Positions 18,091-27,040 of a stretch of DNA of 58,324 bases are shown here, piece by piece. The position numbers and the translations under genes were made by a program. The notes below the pieces were generated by a model. That model did not search any database. It had not been told where the DNA came from and saw nothing but the letters and a program-made list of their open reading frames with translations. This DNA is from Acutalibacteraceae bacterium (lineage in GTDB: Bacteria; Bacillota; Clostridia; Oscillospirales; Acutalibacteraceae), in NCBI GenBank assembly GCA_045579005.1, contig JAZNLJ010000071.1, positions 1 to 58,324 of the forward strand, in the 5' to 3' direction. Numbering within the stretch: the stretch's first letter is position 1; each line of letters opens with the position of its first letter.

Positions 18091-18948
18091 ATGGCAGAAG
18101 TAGTAGGTGTACGCTTTAAAGAAAACGGAAAAGTGTACTATTTTGACCCCGATTCAAAAAAATATTCAAGGGGCGATAACGTTATTGTTGAAACTGTACG
18201 CGGTATTGAGTGCGGTCAGGTTGCAGCAGGTAACAATACGGTAAGTGATGAGGAAATCATCCATCCCCTTAAAAAGGTTATCAGACCGGCAAACAAAGAG
18301 GATCTGAAGACCCTGGAAATCAACCGTCGCAAGGAGGTTGAGGCATTCGGCTTTTGCGAGCAGAAGGTTGAGCAGTTAGGCTTGCTTATGAAGCTTGTTG
18401 AGGTTGAGTGCACCTTCGACGGCAGTAAAATATTGTTTTATTTTACAGCAGATGACAGAGTTGACTTCCGTGAGCTTGTAAAAATACTTGCCGCACAATA
18501 CAGAACACGTATTGAGATGCGACAGATTGGTGTGCGTGACGTTTCAAAAATGCTTGGTGGTTTAGGTATCTGTGGCAGACCCTTCTGTTGTTCACAATTC
18601 CTTGATGATTTCCACCCGGTATCAATAAAAATGGCGAAGGAACAGGGTCTTTCTCTTAACCCAACCAAAATCAGCGGTACCTGTGGCAGACTCCTTTGTT
18701 GCCTCAAATATGAGCAGGAGTCTTACGAATATCTTAACAAAATCACACCCCGTGTAGGCTCTGTTGTTGATACCAAAGAGGGCAGGGGAACCGTTACTGA
18801 AAGCAACCTTCTCACAGGTAAATTGAAGGTTTGTCTTGACAGACGTCCCGAGGCACTTCCCGCAGAATATACCCGCAAGGAGGTAAAGCTTGTTCGCAAG
18901 CCAAAAGCTACTCCCGAGGCAGAAATTGAGTCGGATTTGGTAGAATAA
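18091..18948 (+). CDS. ricT: PSP1 domain protein RicT/YaaT (stage 0 sporulation protein)
   Basis: MAEVVGVRFKENGKVYYFD..., the Cys cluster GICGRPFCCSQFL...GTCGRLLCCLKYE. The darA-holB-yaaT gene order is conserved. I chose the ATG at 18091, preceded by GGAG, rather than the track start at 17962. Confidence 0.85.
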   Translation: MAEVVGVRFKENGKVYYFDPDSKKYSRGDNVIVETVRGIECGQVAAGNNTVSDEEIIHPLKKVIRPANKEDLKTLEINRRKEVEAFGFCEQKVEQLGLLMKLVEVECTFDGSKILFYFTADDRVDFRELVKILAAQYRTRIEMRQIGVRDVSKMLGGLGICGRPFCCSQFLDDFHPVSIKMAKEQGLSLNPTKISGTCGRLLCCLKYEQESYEYLNKITPRVGSVVDTKEGRGTVTESNLLTGKLKVCLDRRPEALPAEYTRKEVKLVRKPKATPEAEIESDLVE

Positions 18949-19041
18949 ACAGTTTTTGCTAACAAAAAATATACAATTTATCTATTGATTTATTGAAAAT
19001 ATGTGCTACAATAAAACAAAAAAAGCAAGGAGGTAACACAA

Positions 19042-19212
19042 ATGGCATACAAAATTACTGACGCTTGCATTTCTTGCGGCGCTTGTGCAGCTGACTGCCC
19101 CGTTGAGGCAATCTCTGAGGGTGACGGCATCTATGTAATCGACGCTGACGCTTGCATCGATTGTGGTGCTTGTGCAGGTTCTTGCCCTGTAGGTGCTCCT
19201 GTTGAAGACTAA
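19042..19212 (+). CDS. Clostridial-type 2x[4Fe-4S] ferredoxin (56 aa; below the ORF-track length cutoff)
   Basis: My translation is MAYKITDACISCGACAADCPVEAISEGDGIYVIDADACIDCGACAGSCPVGAPVED. It contains two CxxCxxCxxxCP motifs. The RBS AAGGAGG lies 7 nt upstream. Confidence 0.9.
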   Translation: MAYKITDACISCGACAADCPVEAISEGDGIYVIDADACIDCGACAGSCPVGAPVED

Positions 19213-19230
19213 TTGAATATTTGTCTTTGT

Positions 19231-19264
19231 CCCCATCTTCTTAGGAGGATGGGGTTTTGTTTTT
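19231..19264 (+). terminator. Rho-independent terminator after the ferredoxin gene
   Basis: CCCCATC(ttc)-ttag-(gag)GATGGGG followed by TTTTGTTTTT. Confidence 0.75.
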
Positions 19265-19379
19265 GTGCGATGGAAAATAAATATTGTAAAATTTTTTGTA
19301 AACTATTTGTTTTTATATAAATATATGTTATAATAAAGCGATTATGGATAGGTGCCGCCAGATTTGTGAGGTGTTTTGA

Positions 19380-20447
19380 ATGGCAATGAGTCGATTTATT
19401 GATATTACAGACTTTTCAAGAGAAGAATTGCGTGAAACCCTTAACCAGATTTCATATATCCGTGATAACCGCAGTATGTATGCAAATGACCTTGCGGGTA
19501 AAACGGTCGCAACGGCATTTTACGGAGAGCCGACATTGAGTCAGCAGGCTTTTTGCTCAGCCGTTGCACACATGGGAGGGACTGTTGTTCCATTCGGCGA
19601 TGTTGCCGGCGTATCACTTAAGGATGCTGTTCTTTCAATGAGTTCCGCAAATGATGCCATAGTTATCGACCACCCTCTCAAGGGTGCGGCAAGGGCAGCT
19701 TCTCTTTATTCAAAGGTTCCCGTAATCAATGCGGGTGATGGTGGCAGGGCTTATCCCGTCAGGACACTTGCAGATATTGCACAGGTGTGGATTGACAAAA
19801 AGCACGTTTCAAATATGAAAATCGGTTTTCTTGGTGATTTCAGCAACAATGCTTGTGTGAAGGGCTTGCTTCAATGCCTTAATCTCTACAAGGGTAACGA
19901 GTTTTATTTCATTTCCGTGAACGGTAAGCCCCTGAATGATGAGTACATAACCCTTATGGATAAGCGTGAAAAGCCCTTTGTGGTTTTTGATAATCTTTTT
20001 GATATTTTGCCCGAGCTTGATATTTTGTATATGACTCGTGTGGATAAGAACTCCTTTGACAGCGAGATTATGTACGAGGCGCGCAAACACAATTTCACAC
20101 TCGGTGAAAGAATGCTTATGACTGCCAAGCCCGATTTATTGATCATGCATCCGTTACCCAGAGGTAGTGAGCTTGACGTGTCGGTTGACTCTGACCCTAG
20201 GGCAGGTTACTTCAATGGGCAGGAAGTATTTATGGTTGCCTGTAAGGCGGCTTTCTCAAAAACCCTTTCACAGAAGATGGGCAAGAACACCCTTCCTTGT
20301 TGGGAGAACCCCACACACGAGTGTTACTGTGGCAGGGATGATTGCATTACCTCAGCCGAGAAATATCTGCCACCTCTTTTCAAGGAAACTTCTGACGGCA
20401 GATTGATTTGTAAATATTGCAACGGAGAACTGAAACAGGATGAGTAA
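19380..20447 (+). CDS. Aspartate carbamoyltransferase (PyrB)-like protein with degenerate active site, fused to a PyrI-type Cys4 zinc domain
   Basis: The ATCase fold is clear: DAIVIDHP.KGAARAA, VPVINAGDG, DILYMTRV, IMHPLPR. The catalytic signatures are replaced (see findings). The C-terminus CGRDDCITSAEKYLPPLF...RLICKYC matches the PyrI zinc domain (CxxxxC...CxxC). Confidence 0.8.
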   Translation: MAMSRFIDITDFSREELRETLNQISYIRDNRSMYANDLAGKTVATAFYGEPTLSQQAFCSAVAHMGGTVVPFGDVAGVSLKDAVLSMSSANDAIVIDHPLKGAARAASLYSKVPVINAGDGGRAYPVRTLADIAQVWIDKKHVSNMKIGFLGDFSNNACVKGLLQCLNLYKGNEFYFISVNGKPLNDEYITLMDKREKPFVVFDNLFDILPELDILYMTRVDKNSFDSEIMYEARKHNFTLGERMLMTAKPDLLIMHPLPRGSELDVSVDSDPRAGYFNGQEVFMVACKAAFSKTLSQKMGKNTLPCWENPTHECYCGRDDCITSAEKYLPPLFKETSDGRLICKYCNGELKQDE

Positions 20448-21000
20448 AAATATTCTCATAATAAAAGGCTCGGCGCGTAAGGAGGGTTATACCAACCGCC
20501 TGTGTGATGAAATAAATAATATTTTCAGAGATGATAATATTACTGTTTTTGATGCCTATAAGGAAAAAACCTTGCCTTGTACAGGTTGCAATTTTTGTGA
20601 AAGTTCAGGTAAATGTGTAAACAGTGATCTGGATAAGTTCTTTGAGGTTTTTGAAAATGCAGACATTATAATTTTTGCAAGTCCCGTTTATAACGGAACA
20701 TTTACCTCACCTGTTAAAACCCTGCTTGATAGATTTCAGGTTTATTACACAGGCTTTTATGCTAACGGCAAGGTGCAACAAATTAAAAAGCGCCGCAAGG
20801 CATATCTTGTTGTTGCCGCAGGCAGAAGCGGTGAAAAGGCAATGGAATATATGAAATGGCAGCTTTCATGTGCATGCAGCATATTGAATATCGAATTAGT
20901 ACAATCCTTTTTGTGTCCATTTACGGACACAGAGCCTATGTATGATGAGGCTCTCAGTGAAATAACAAGGAGTTTACATAATGAAAAAACGAAGAAATAG
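20440..21000 (+). CDS. Iron-sulfur flavoprotein (Isf-like NADPH-dependent FMN reductase / flavodoxin fold)
   Basis: ILIIKGSARKEGYT is the FMN loop. The compact cluster motif CTGCNFCESSGKC (Cx2Cx2Cx5C) is characteristic of Isf. The gene overlaps the upstream gene by 8 nt. Confidence 0.72.
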   Translation: MSKNILIIKGSARKEGYTNRLCDEINNIFRDDNITVFDAYKEKTLPCTGCNFCESSGKCVNSDLDKFFEVFENADIIIFASPVYNGTFTSPVKTLLDRFQVYYTGFYANGKVQQIKKRRKAYLVVAAGRSGEKAMEYMKWQLSCACSILNIELVQSFLCPFTDTEPMYDEALSEITRSLHNEKTKK

Positions 21001-22579
21001 AATTACGGCTCTGATAGTTTGTATCGCGGTGCTTCTGGGAGCGCTGTGTGCAGGAGCTATCGCTGTATCTGTTACAAACGGTTTGTTTAAAAACAACACA
21101 CCAACATACATAAAGTTAGGTACTGAGCTGGCAGGTATAATCCGTAGTTCGGATGATTATGAGGCATATATGTTCGACGTGGCTGAGCCCGGCACTCTTG
21201 TGGTTAGGCTTAACCACGAGGATTTTATGGATTCAACCAAATCAGGCTGGACACTCTCTCTTTATAAAATTGTTGACGAAGCAGAAAAGGTGTACAAGGA
21301 GGTTGCTTATTTCGAGTCCTTCTGGAGTGATATGACCTCGGATTGGGGCGAAACCGGTCTTGATGCAGGTACGTATCTGCTTATGGTAAATCCGGGGATG
21401 TATTTCCTTGAAAGCGAATACACCCTTTCTACCATCTTTACTCCCACAGATACGTTTGAGCGCGAGCCCAATGACAGCAAGGAAACAAGCACGTATCTTC
21501 AGGTGGGCTATGGTAAATACGGCGTTTCTTCACGCAGGACAGAGGGTACCGATATGGACTGGTATTCATTTGACCTTGCAGAGGATAGTTGCATCAACTT
21601 ATCTTTCACTCATCCGGATGGTACTTTTCCGCAGGTTGGATGGACGGTAACTCTTGTGAATGAGAATAATGACAAGATTACACAGTTTACATCCCGTCTT
21701 ACAGACCTGGTTCTCAAAACAGGCTCAATCGGTCTTAAGGCAGGCAGATATTACGTGTCTGTTGAAGCACAGACAGAGCTCTGCAAGACTTATACCCTTG
21801 TTGTTGGTGCGGATAAGGCGGTTAACCACGAATTTGAGCTTAATGATACTCCCGAACAGGCAATTGACCTGCCGCACAACTTCGGTATCAGCGGAAGCCT
21901 TGCTGACAGACTTCTCGGTCTTGATAAGGACTATTACAAGTTCGAGGTTGAAAAGTACGGATATATCGACTTTACCTTCAGCCATGAGCTTCAGGACGGC
22001 AACAAGAACGGTTGGAATGTAAGAATCTTCAAGCCTCTTGAGGACGGTACTTATTATGAAATCGTCCGTAAGATTTCCAAGTGGAATGAAGAAACGATTA
22101 CAATAGAATCCTTGGGACTTTCACCCGGTGAATACTACGTATGCATCGATGGTGACTCAATGTCATATAACTCGGCAACATATACCTGTAAGTGGCAGTT
22201 TACTGAGGATGACAGGTTTGAGAGTGAGCCCAACAGCACAATGGCTACTGCCGATAATATTGAAGTGCGCACATATTACTACGGTGCGATAATATCATCT
22301 GATGTTACCTACGACGAGGACTATTACAAATTTACTCTTGATTCAACATCACGAGTTTGTCTTGAGTTCGGTCACGACAGACTTAGCGGCAGCAACATCT
22401 GTTGGAATGCAAGCATCGTTGATGCAGACGGTAAGTCAAAGTGTGCATTGAAGTCGGCGCTTAACGAGGGTCTTCTTACAACACCTGTTGTTGAGTTGCC
22501 TGCGGGTACTTACTACGTGAAGGTTGAAACGGGTATGTACGGCTCTGAAATCCCATATTATTTCAAAGTGGTGAAATAA
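20981..22579 (+). CDS. Membrane-anchored protein with about four pre-peptidase C-terminal (PPC)-like domains
   Basis: N-terminal anchor (ITALIVCIAVLLGALCAGAIAV). The module starts recur as FEREPNDSKETS, HEFELNDTPEQA and FESEPNSTMATA, each followed by D.D(W/Y)Y.F and G.YY(V). No catalytic domain is visible. Confidence 0.62.
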   Translation: MKKRRNRITALIVCIAVLLGALCAGAIAVSVTNGLFKNNTPTYIKLGTELAGIIRSSDDYEAYMFDVAEPGTLVVRLNHEDFMDSTKSGWTLSLYKIVDEAEKVYKEVAYFESFWSDMTSDWGETGLDAGTYLLMVNPGMYFLESEYTLSTIFTPTDTFEREPNDSKETSTYLQVGYGKYGVSSRRTEGTDMDWYSFDLAEDSCINLSFTHPDGTFPQVGWTVTLVNENNDKITQFTSRLTDLVLKTGSIGLKAGRYYVSVEAQTELCKTYTLVVGADKAVNHEFELNDTPEQAIDLPHNFGISGSLADRLLGLDKDYYKFEVEKYGYIDFTFSHELQDGNKNGWNVRIFKPLEDGTYYEIVRKISKWNEETITIESLGLSPGEYYVCIDGDSMSYNSATYTCKWQFTEDDRFESEPNSTMATADNIEVRTYYYGAIISSDVTYDEDYYKFTLDSTSRVCLEFGHDRLSGSNICWNASIVDADGKSKCALKSALNEGLLTTPVVELPAGTYYVKVETGMYGSEIPYYFKVVK

Positions 22580-22580
22580 T

Positions 22581-23522
22581 ATGAGGCTTAAAAGATTATT
22601 AGCGGTTGCAGTAGGTATGGCAATTCTGTTGCTTTCAGGTTGCGTACCTGCTCCGACCAAGGATAATAAAAGCAATGTGATTGCTGCATCCTTTTATCCC
22701 GTTTACATATTCACTCTGAATCTAACTGCGGGTATCGAAGATCTTACAGTTGAATGTATGGCGGAGCAGAACGTGGGCTGTCTTCACGACTATACGCTTA
22801 CGGCAAAGGATGCTAAGCTTCTTAATGATGCAGACGTGCTTGTGATAAACGGTGCAGGAATGGAGGGCTTTATTCACAACTTGAGTGATACTGCTGAGGA
22901 TATCCGTATTGTTGATTCATCTCAGGAGATTAATATTCTTTGTGGTGAAGGCGGTCATTCTGCTGACGCGGAAGAGCATGGCGAAGAGGAGCACAGCCAC
23001 AATCACGAGCACAGTGAAAATGCTCATATATGGATGTCTGTGGATAATGCAAAAAAACAGGTTGTGAACATTGCAGACGGTCTTGTGAAGGCCTATCCCA
23101 AATATGAAAATAAGGTTCTCACAAACCGCGATTTGTATATTGAACGACTTAATGAATTGAAGAATGATATGGCAGTAGCTTCCTTACAGGTAAAGGACAA
23201 GCCTGTTATAACCTTTCACAATGCTTACGATTATCTGGCACAGGATATGGGGTTTCACATTGTGACAACCATTGAAAGTGACCACGGCGGAGAGCCATCT
23301 GCGAAAAAACTGGCAGAGCTGAGCGTTACCATAAAGGAACAGCGTGTGAAGGCTTTGTTCACAGAACCTCGATATGAAGGTAGTGCGGCAACAGTATTAT
23401 CAGCCGAAACAGGTGTGGGGATTTACACTCTTAACCCTGTTCTGAACGGCGGAAACGAAAAAACAGCATATGAGGATATAATGCGCGAAAACATTGATAT
23501 TATTTTAAAGGCGGTGAAATAA
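22581..23522 (+). CDS. znuA: Zinc ABC transporter substrate-binding lipoprotein (ZnuA/AdcA-type)
   Basis: Lipobox LLLSGC. Cluster A-I SBP motifs are present. A His/Glu-rich loop (GGHSADAEEHGEEEHSHNHEHSENAH) is typical of zinc-specific members. Confidence 0.82.
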   Translation: MRLKRLLAVAVGMAILLLSGCVPAPTKDNKSNVIAASFYPVYIFTLNLTAGIEDLTVECMAEQNVGCLHDYTLTAKDAKLLNDADVLVINGAGMEGFIHNLSDTAEDIRIVDSSQEINILCGEGGHSADAEEHGEEEHSHNHEHSENAHIWMSVDNAKKQVVNIADGLVKAYPKYENKVLTNRDLYIERLNELKNDMAVASLQVKDKPVITFHNAYDYLAQDMGFHIVTTIESDHGGEPSAKKLAELSVTIKEQRVKALFTEPRYEGSAATVLSAETGVGIYTLNPVLNGGNEKTAYEDIMRENIDIILKAVK

Positions 23523-24274
23523 TGGCATTCGAGAACGGTTGCGGTCTCTGTGAGATTCAGATAAAAAACATAAGCGTAAAAAGAGGCGGCGAGGTTCTTC
23601 TTTCGGATGTTTCATTTCACCTGCATTGTGGTGAGCTTACAGCGGTTATCGGAGTAAACGGAGCAGGTAAAACAACTCTTGTTAAATCTATTCTTGGAGA
23701 AATTCGTCACGAGGGTCAGGTTACCTTTGAATCCCACCACGGAGAAAAGCTCAGCAAGATTACAATCGGTTACGTGCCACAGCACCTTGATTTTGATAAA
23801 TCCGCTCCGATAAGCGTTGAAGACTTTCTTCTTGTGGGCAGGACAAATTCTCCTGTGTGCTTCAACAGAAAAAAGAAATTGTCAAAAGAGCTTGACGAAG
23901 CTCTTGAATCTGTAGGCTGTTTAGAGCTTAAGAAAAGAAAACTGGGTGAGCTTTCAGGCGGTGAGCTGCAGAGAGTTATGCTTGTAAATGCGTTGTACCC
24001 ATTACCCGAGCTACTTATTCTTGATGAGCCCGTGTCGGGTGTGGATGCAACAGGCAGCGAGCAATTCTATAAGGCAATTATGAATCTGAAAAAGAACTAC
24101 CATATGGCGATTGCCATTGTCTCTCACGACCTTGGAATCGTGAAGGAGTACGCAGATAACGTGGTTCTTATAAATAAAACCGTTCTCAAAAGCGGTTCTG
24201 CTCAGGAGGTTTTCGGTTCACCTGAGTTCGGACAGGCATTTTTCAGCGTGCCGGAAAGGTATGGTGAGAAATGA
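23522..24274 (+). CDS. znuC: Zinc ABC transporter ATP-binding protein
   Basis: Walker A GVNGAGKTT, signature LSGGELQR and Walker B LLILDEP. It is overlapped by both neighbours. Confidence 0.85.
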   Translation: MAFENGCGLCEIQIKNISVKRGGEVLLSDVSFHLHCGELTAVIGVNGAGKTTLVKSILGEIRHEGQVTFESHHGEKLSKITIGYVPQHLDFDKSAPISVEDFLLVGRTNSPVCFNRKKKLSKELDEALESVGCLELKKRKLGELSGGELQRVMLVNALYPLPELLILDEPVSGVDATGSEQFYKAIMNLKKNYHMAIAIVSHDLGIVKEYADNVVLINKTVLKSGSAQEVFGSPEFGQAFFSVPERYGEK

Positions 24275-25110
24275 GCAATATTTATGAAATTGTATCTGAA
24301 TTTCTTCCCTTTGATTGGGCAGATTACAAATTTATGGTGAATGCTCTGATTGCGGTTGTTCTTATTGCACCTCTTATGGGTATTCTGGGTACTATGGCAG
24401 TCAATAATAAAATGGCATTCTTTTCCGATGCTCTCGGTCACAGCGCATTTACGGGTATTGCTCTCGGTGTGTTGTTGGGAATTAAAAATGAATTGATTTC
24501 CTTGATTGCTTTCGGTGTGTTTATTGCCCTTGTGATAACCCGTGTTAAGAACAGAGGTAATACCTCGTCTGATACAGTAATCAGTGTATTTTCCTCGGGT
24601 AGCGTTGCGGTAGGTCTTCTTGTACTTTCCTATGGCGGAAGCTTATCCAAATACAACTCCTACCTTGTAGGTGATGTGCTCAGCATTACAAATGGCGAGC
24701 TTCTTACTTTGTTTATTACGCTCATCTGTGTTGTTGCTATATGGGCGTTTATGTATAACAAGCTTCTTGTTATTTCCGTCAATAAAGAGTTGGCGGCAAG
24801 TCGGGGCATAAAAACCTCGCTTTACGAAAATATTTTTGTGATAGTGGTAGCCGTCGTGGTTATGCTGTCCATAAAATGGGTGGGTATCCTACTTATCAAT
24901 TCCTTGTTGATTTTACCCGCCGCCTCTGCCAGAAATCTGGCGAAGAATTCGAGACAGTACTTAGCGACTTCAGTTGCAATTTCTCTGATGTGTGCAATAG
25001 CGGGACTTCTTGTGTCCTTCTATGCTGACACATCTGCGGGTGCAACGATAGTTACGATTTTAACTGTAGTGTTTTTTATTACTTATGCAATTGGTTCAAG
25101 AAAAAAATAA
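24271..25110 (+). CDS. znuB: Zinc ABC transporter permease
   Basis: 279-aa ABC-3 family permease (FFSDALGHSAFTGIALG, LLINSLLILPAASAR). Confidence 0.85.
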   Translation: MSNIYEIVSEFLPFDWADYKFMVNALIAVVLIAPLMGILGTMAVNNKMAFFSDALGHSAFTGIALGVLLGIKNELISLIAFGVFIALVITRVKNRGNTSSDTVISVFSSGSVAVGLLVLSYGGSLSKYNSYLVGDVLSITNGELLTLFITLICVVAIWAFMYNKLLVISVNKELAASRGIKTSLYENIFVIVVAVVVMLSIKWVGILLINSLLILPAASARNLAKNSRQYLATSVAISLMCAIAGLLVSFYADTSAGATIVTILTVVFFITYAIGSRKK

Positions 25111-25131
25111 TCCCGAAAGGAATGTATATAA

Positions 25132-26136
25132 ATGTTATTTTCACAGGATATCGGTGTCGATTTAGGTACAGCCAACACCCTGGTTTTCGTTAAAGGTAAG
25201 GGTATCGTAATCCGAGAACCCTCAGTTGTGGCTGTGGACGAAAGAACTAATCCCAAAACAGTTGTTGCAGTTGGTGCAGATGCTAAAAGAATGATTGGCA
25301 GAACACCCGGTTCAATTACAGCGGTCAGGCCTATTAAGGACGGTGTTATTGCCGACTTTGATATGACCGCAGATATGCTCAAGGCTTTTATCAAGCGCGC
25401 TATCAGCAGCTCACCCTTCAACAGAGCAAGGGTTATGATTTGTATTCCATCAGGCGTTACAGAGGTTGAGCGCAGAGCTGTTCATGATGCGGCAAAGAGT
25501 GCCGGTGCAAGATATGTAAGCCTTATTGAGGAGCCTATGGCAGCGGCTATTGGTGCTGGTCTTCCTGTTCTTGAAGCAACAGGTAGTATGATTGTTGATA
25601 TCGGCGGCGGTACGTCTGAGGTTGCAGTTATTTCACTGGGTGATATTGTTACCTCAAAGTCCGTGCGCGTTGCAGGTGATAACTTTGATGATGCTATTAT
25701 TTCCTACGTTAAGAGAACCTTCAATCTCCTTATCGGTGAGCGCTCAGCAGAAGATATCAAATTGAAATTAGGCTCTGCTTACCCTTACGAGGGTGAGGCG
25801 GCTATGGAAATTAAGGGCAGAAATCTTATTGACGGTCTTCCCAAATCAGTTGAGATTACAAGTGAGCAGGTTCGCCAGGCTCTTGCAGATCCGGTTGATG
25901 AAATCCTTGACTCAATCCGTTATACTCTTGACAGAACTCCTCCGGAACTTGCGGCGGACATTATTGAGAGGGGTATTACCCTCACAGGTGGCGGTGCACT
26001 TCTCAGAGGTCTTGATAAGCTTATTGCCGCAGAAACAGGTATGCCTGTCAGGGTAGCAGAGAATCCTCTGGATTGTGTTGTTAACGGCACAGGTATATGC
26101 CTTGAGAAGGATTTGCTTGGATTTAACGAAAGATAA
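25132..26136 (+). CDS. mreB: Rod shape-determining protein MreB
   Basis: [40 protein letters not shown] and [15 protein letters not shown] are the actin-fold phosphate and adenosine motifs. Confidence 0.93.
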   Translation: MLFSQDIGVDLGTANTLVFVKGKGIVIREPSVVAVDERTNPKTVVAVGADAKRMIGRTPGSITAVRPIKDGVIADFDMTADMLKAFIKRAISSSPFNRARVMICIPSGVTEVERRAVHDAAKSAGARYVSLIEEPMAAAIGAGLPVLEATGSMIVDIGGGTSEVAVISLGDIVTSKSVRVAGDNFDDAIISYVKRTFNLLIGERSAEDIKLKLGSAYPYEGEAAMEIKGRNLIDGLPKSVEITSEQVRQALADPVDEILDSIRYTLDRTPPELAADIIERGITLTGGGALLRGLDKLIAAETGMPVRVAENPLDCVVNGTGICLEKDLLGFNER

Positions 26137-26147
26137 GGATTGAAATA

Positions 26148-27005
26148 ATGAAAAGATTTTTGCAAAGCGGCAGTTTTAAAACGCTGGTTGTAATAACCAT
26201 TGTCGTTCTGCTGGGTGTTTTGTGTGCGGCAATCAGCCGTAATGCATCATCACCGGTAACTACTGTCGTGGGAACTGTTTTTTCGCCGTTGCAGAAGCTT
26301 TCGGCATATATTGCAGATAATCTCAACGATGTTGATGCGTCCTTTGAGTCCTCTATTATATACAGGGCAAAGAATGCGGAGCTTGAAAAACAGCTTCAGG
26401 ATTATCGCAGAAAGCTTGTTGAATACGATGAGCTTAAAAATAAGGTTGATGCCTACGAGGAGTTTTACGGTGTAAAACAGAAAAACCTGGATTTTGAGTT
26501 CTGCTATGGTACGGTTATTTCCCGAGATGCGGCAGATGCCTATGATTCCTTTGTCCTTAACACAGGCTCAGGCGATGGGGTTAAGGTTGGTGACCCTGTA
26601 ATTTATGGTGAGTATGTTGTGGGTATTGTCAAGAAGGTGAATTATTCATCCTGTGTGGTTTATTCCGTGCTTGACCCCAGAGTGAATATCGGTGCTTATG
26701 AATCAGGTACAAGAGAATATGGTTATATAAGCGGTGATGATAAGCTTTATGATTCAGGAATGTGTAAGCTGTCAGGGCTTGATTCCTCTACCTCGATTGT
26801 TGCAGGCGGTATGGTGTGCACGTCGGGTGCAGGAGGAGTTTTTCCCAACGGACTCATAATCGGTGAGGTTATTGCCGTTAAGAGTGATGACGTTTCTGCA
26901 GGTTATTATGCAGAAATAAAGCCCTTTGCCCAATTCAATGAAATAACGGATGTTTTCGTTATCACTTCGTTTGAAGGTCAGGGTCAGGGAGAGATAAAAG
27001 ACTAA
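26148..27005 (+). CDS. mreC: Rod shape-determining protein MreC
   Basis: N-terminal TM, a coiled coil (ELEKQLQDYRRKLVEYDELKNK) and a beta-barrel domain with VCTSGAGGVFPNGLIIGEV. It sits between mreB and mreD. Confidence 0.85.
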   Translation: MKRFLQSGSFKTLVVITIVVLLGVLCAAISRNASSPVTTVVGTVFSPLQKLSAYIADNLNDVDASFESSIIYRAKNAELEKQLQDYRRKLVEYDELKNKVDAYEEFYGVKQKNLDFEFCYGTVISRDAADAYDSFVLNTGSGDGVKVGDPVIYGEYVVGIVKKVNYSSCVVYSVLDPRVNIGAYESGTREYGYISGDDKLYDSGMCKLSGLDSSTSIVAGGMVCTSGAGGVFPNGLIIGEVIAVKSDDVSAGYYAEIKPFAQFNEITDVFVITSFEGQGQGEIKD

Positions 27006-27040
27006 TTGTATCTTATTATTTATGAAAAGAGGTGAGTCCC

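Noticed and set aside
19006-19236. 76-aa minus-strand ORF
   Set aside because: It is antisense to a textbook 2x[4Fe-4S] ferredoxin on the plus strand, which has its own RBS and terminator.
20039-20047. Perfect DnaA box (TGTGGATAA)
   Set aside because: It is a single isolated 9-mer inside a coding region. There is no cluster, no AT-rich unwinding element and no dnaA or dnaN gene nearby, so it is not an origin.
25083-25421. 112-aa minus-strand ORF
   Set aside because: It lies antisense to the highly conserved 5' end of mreB.
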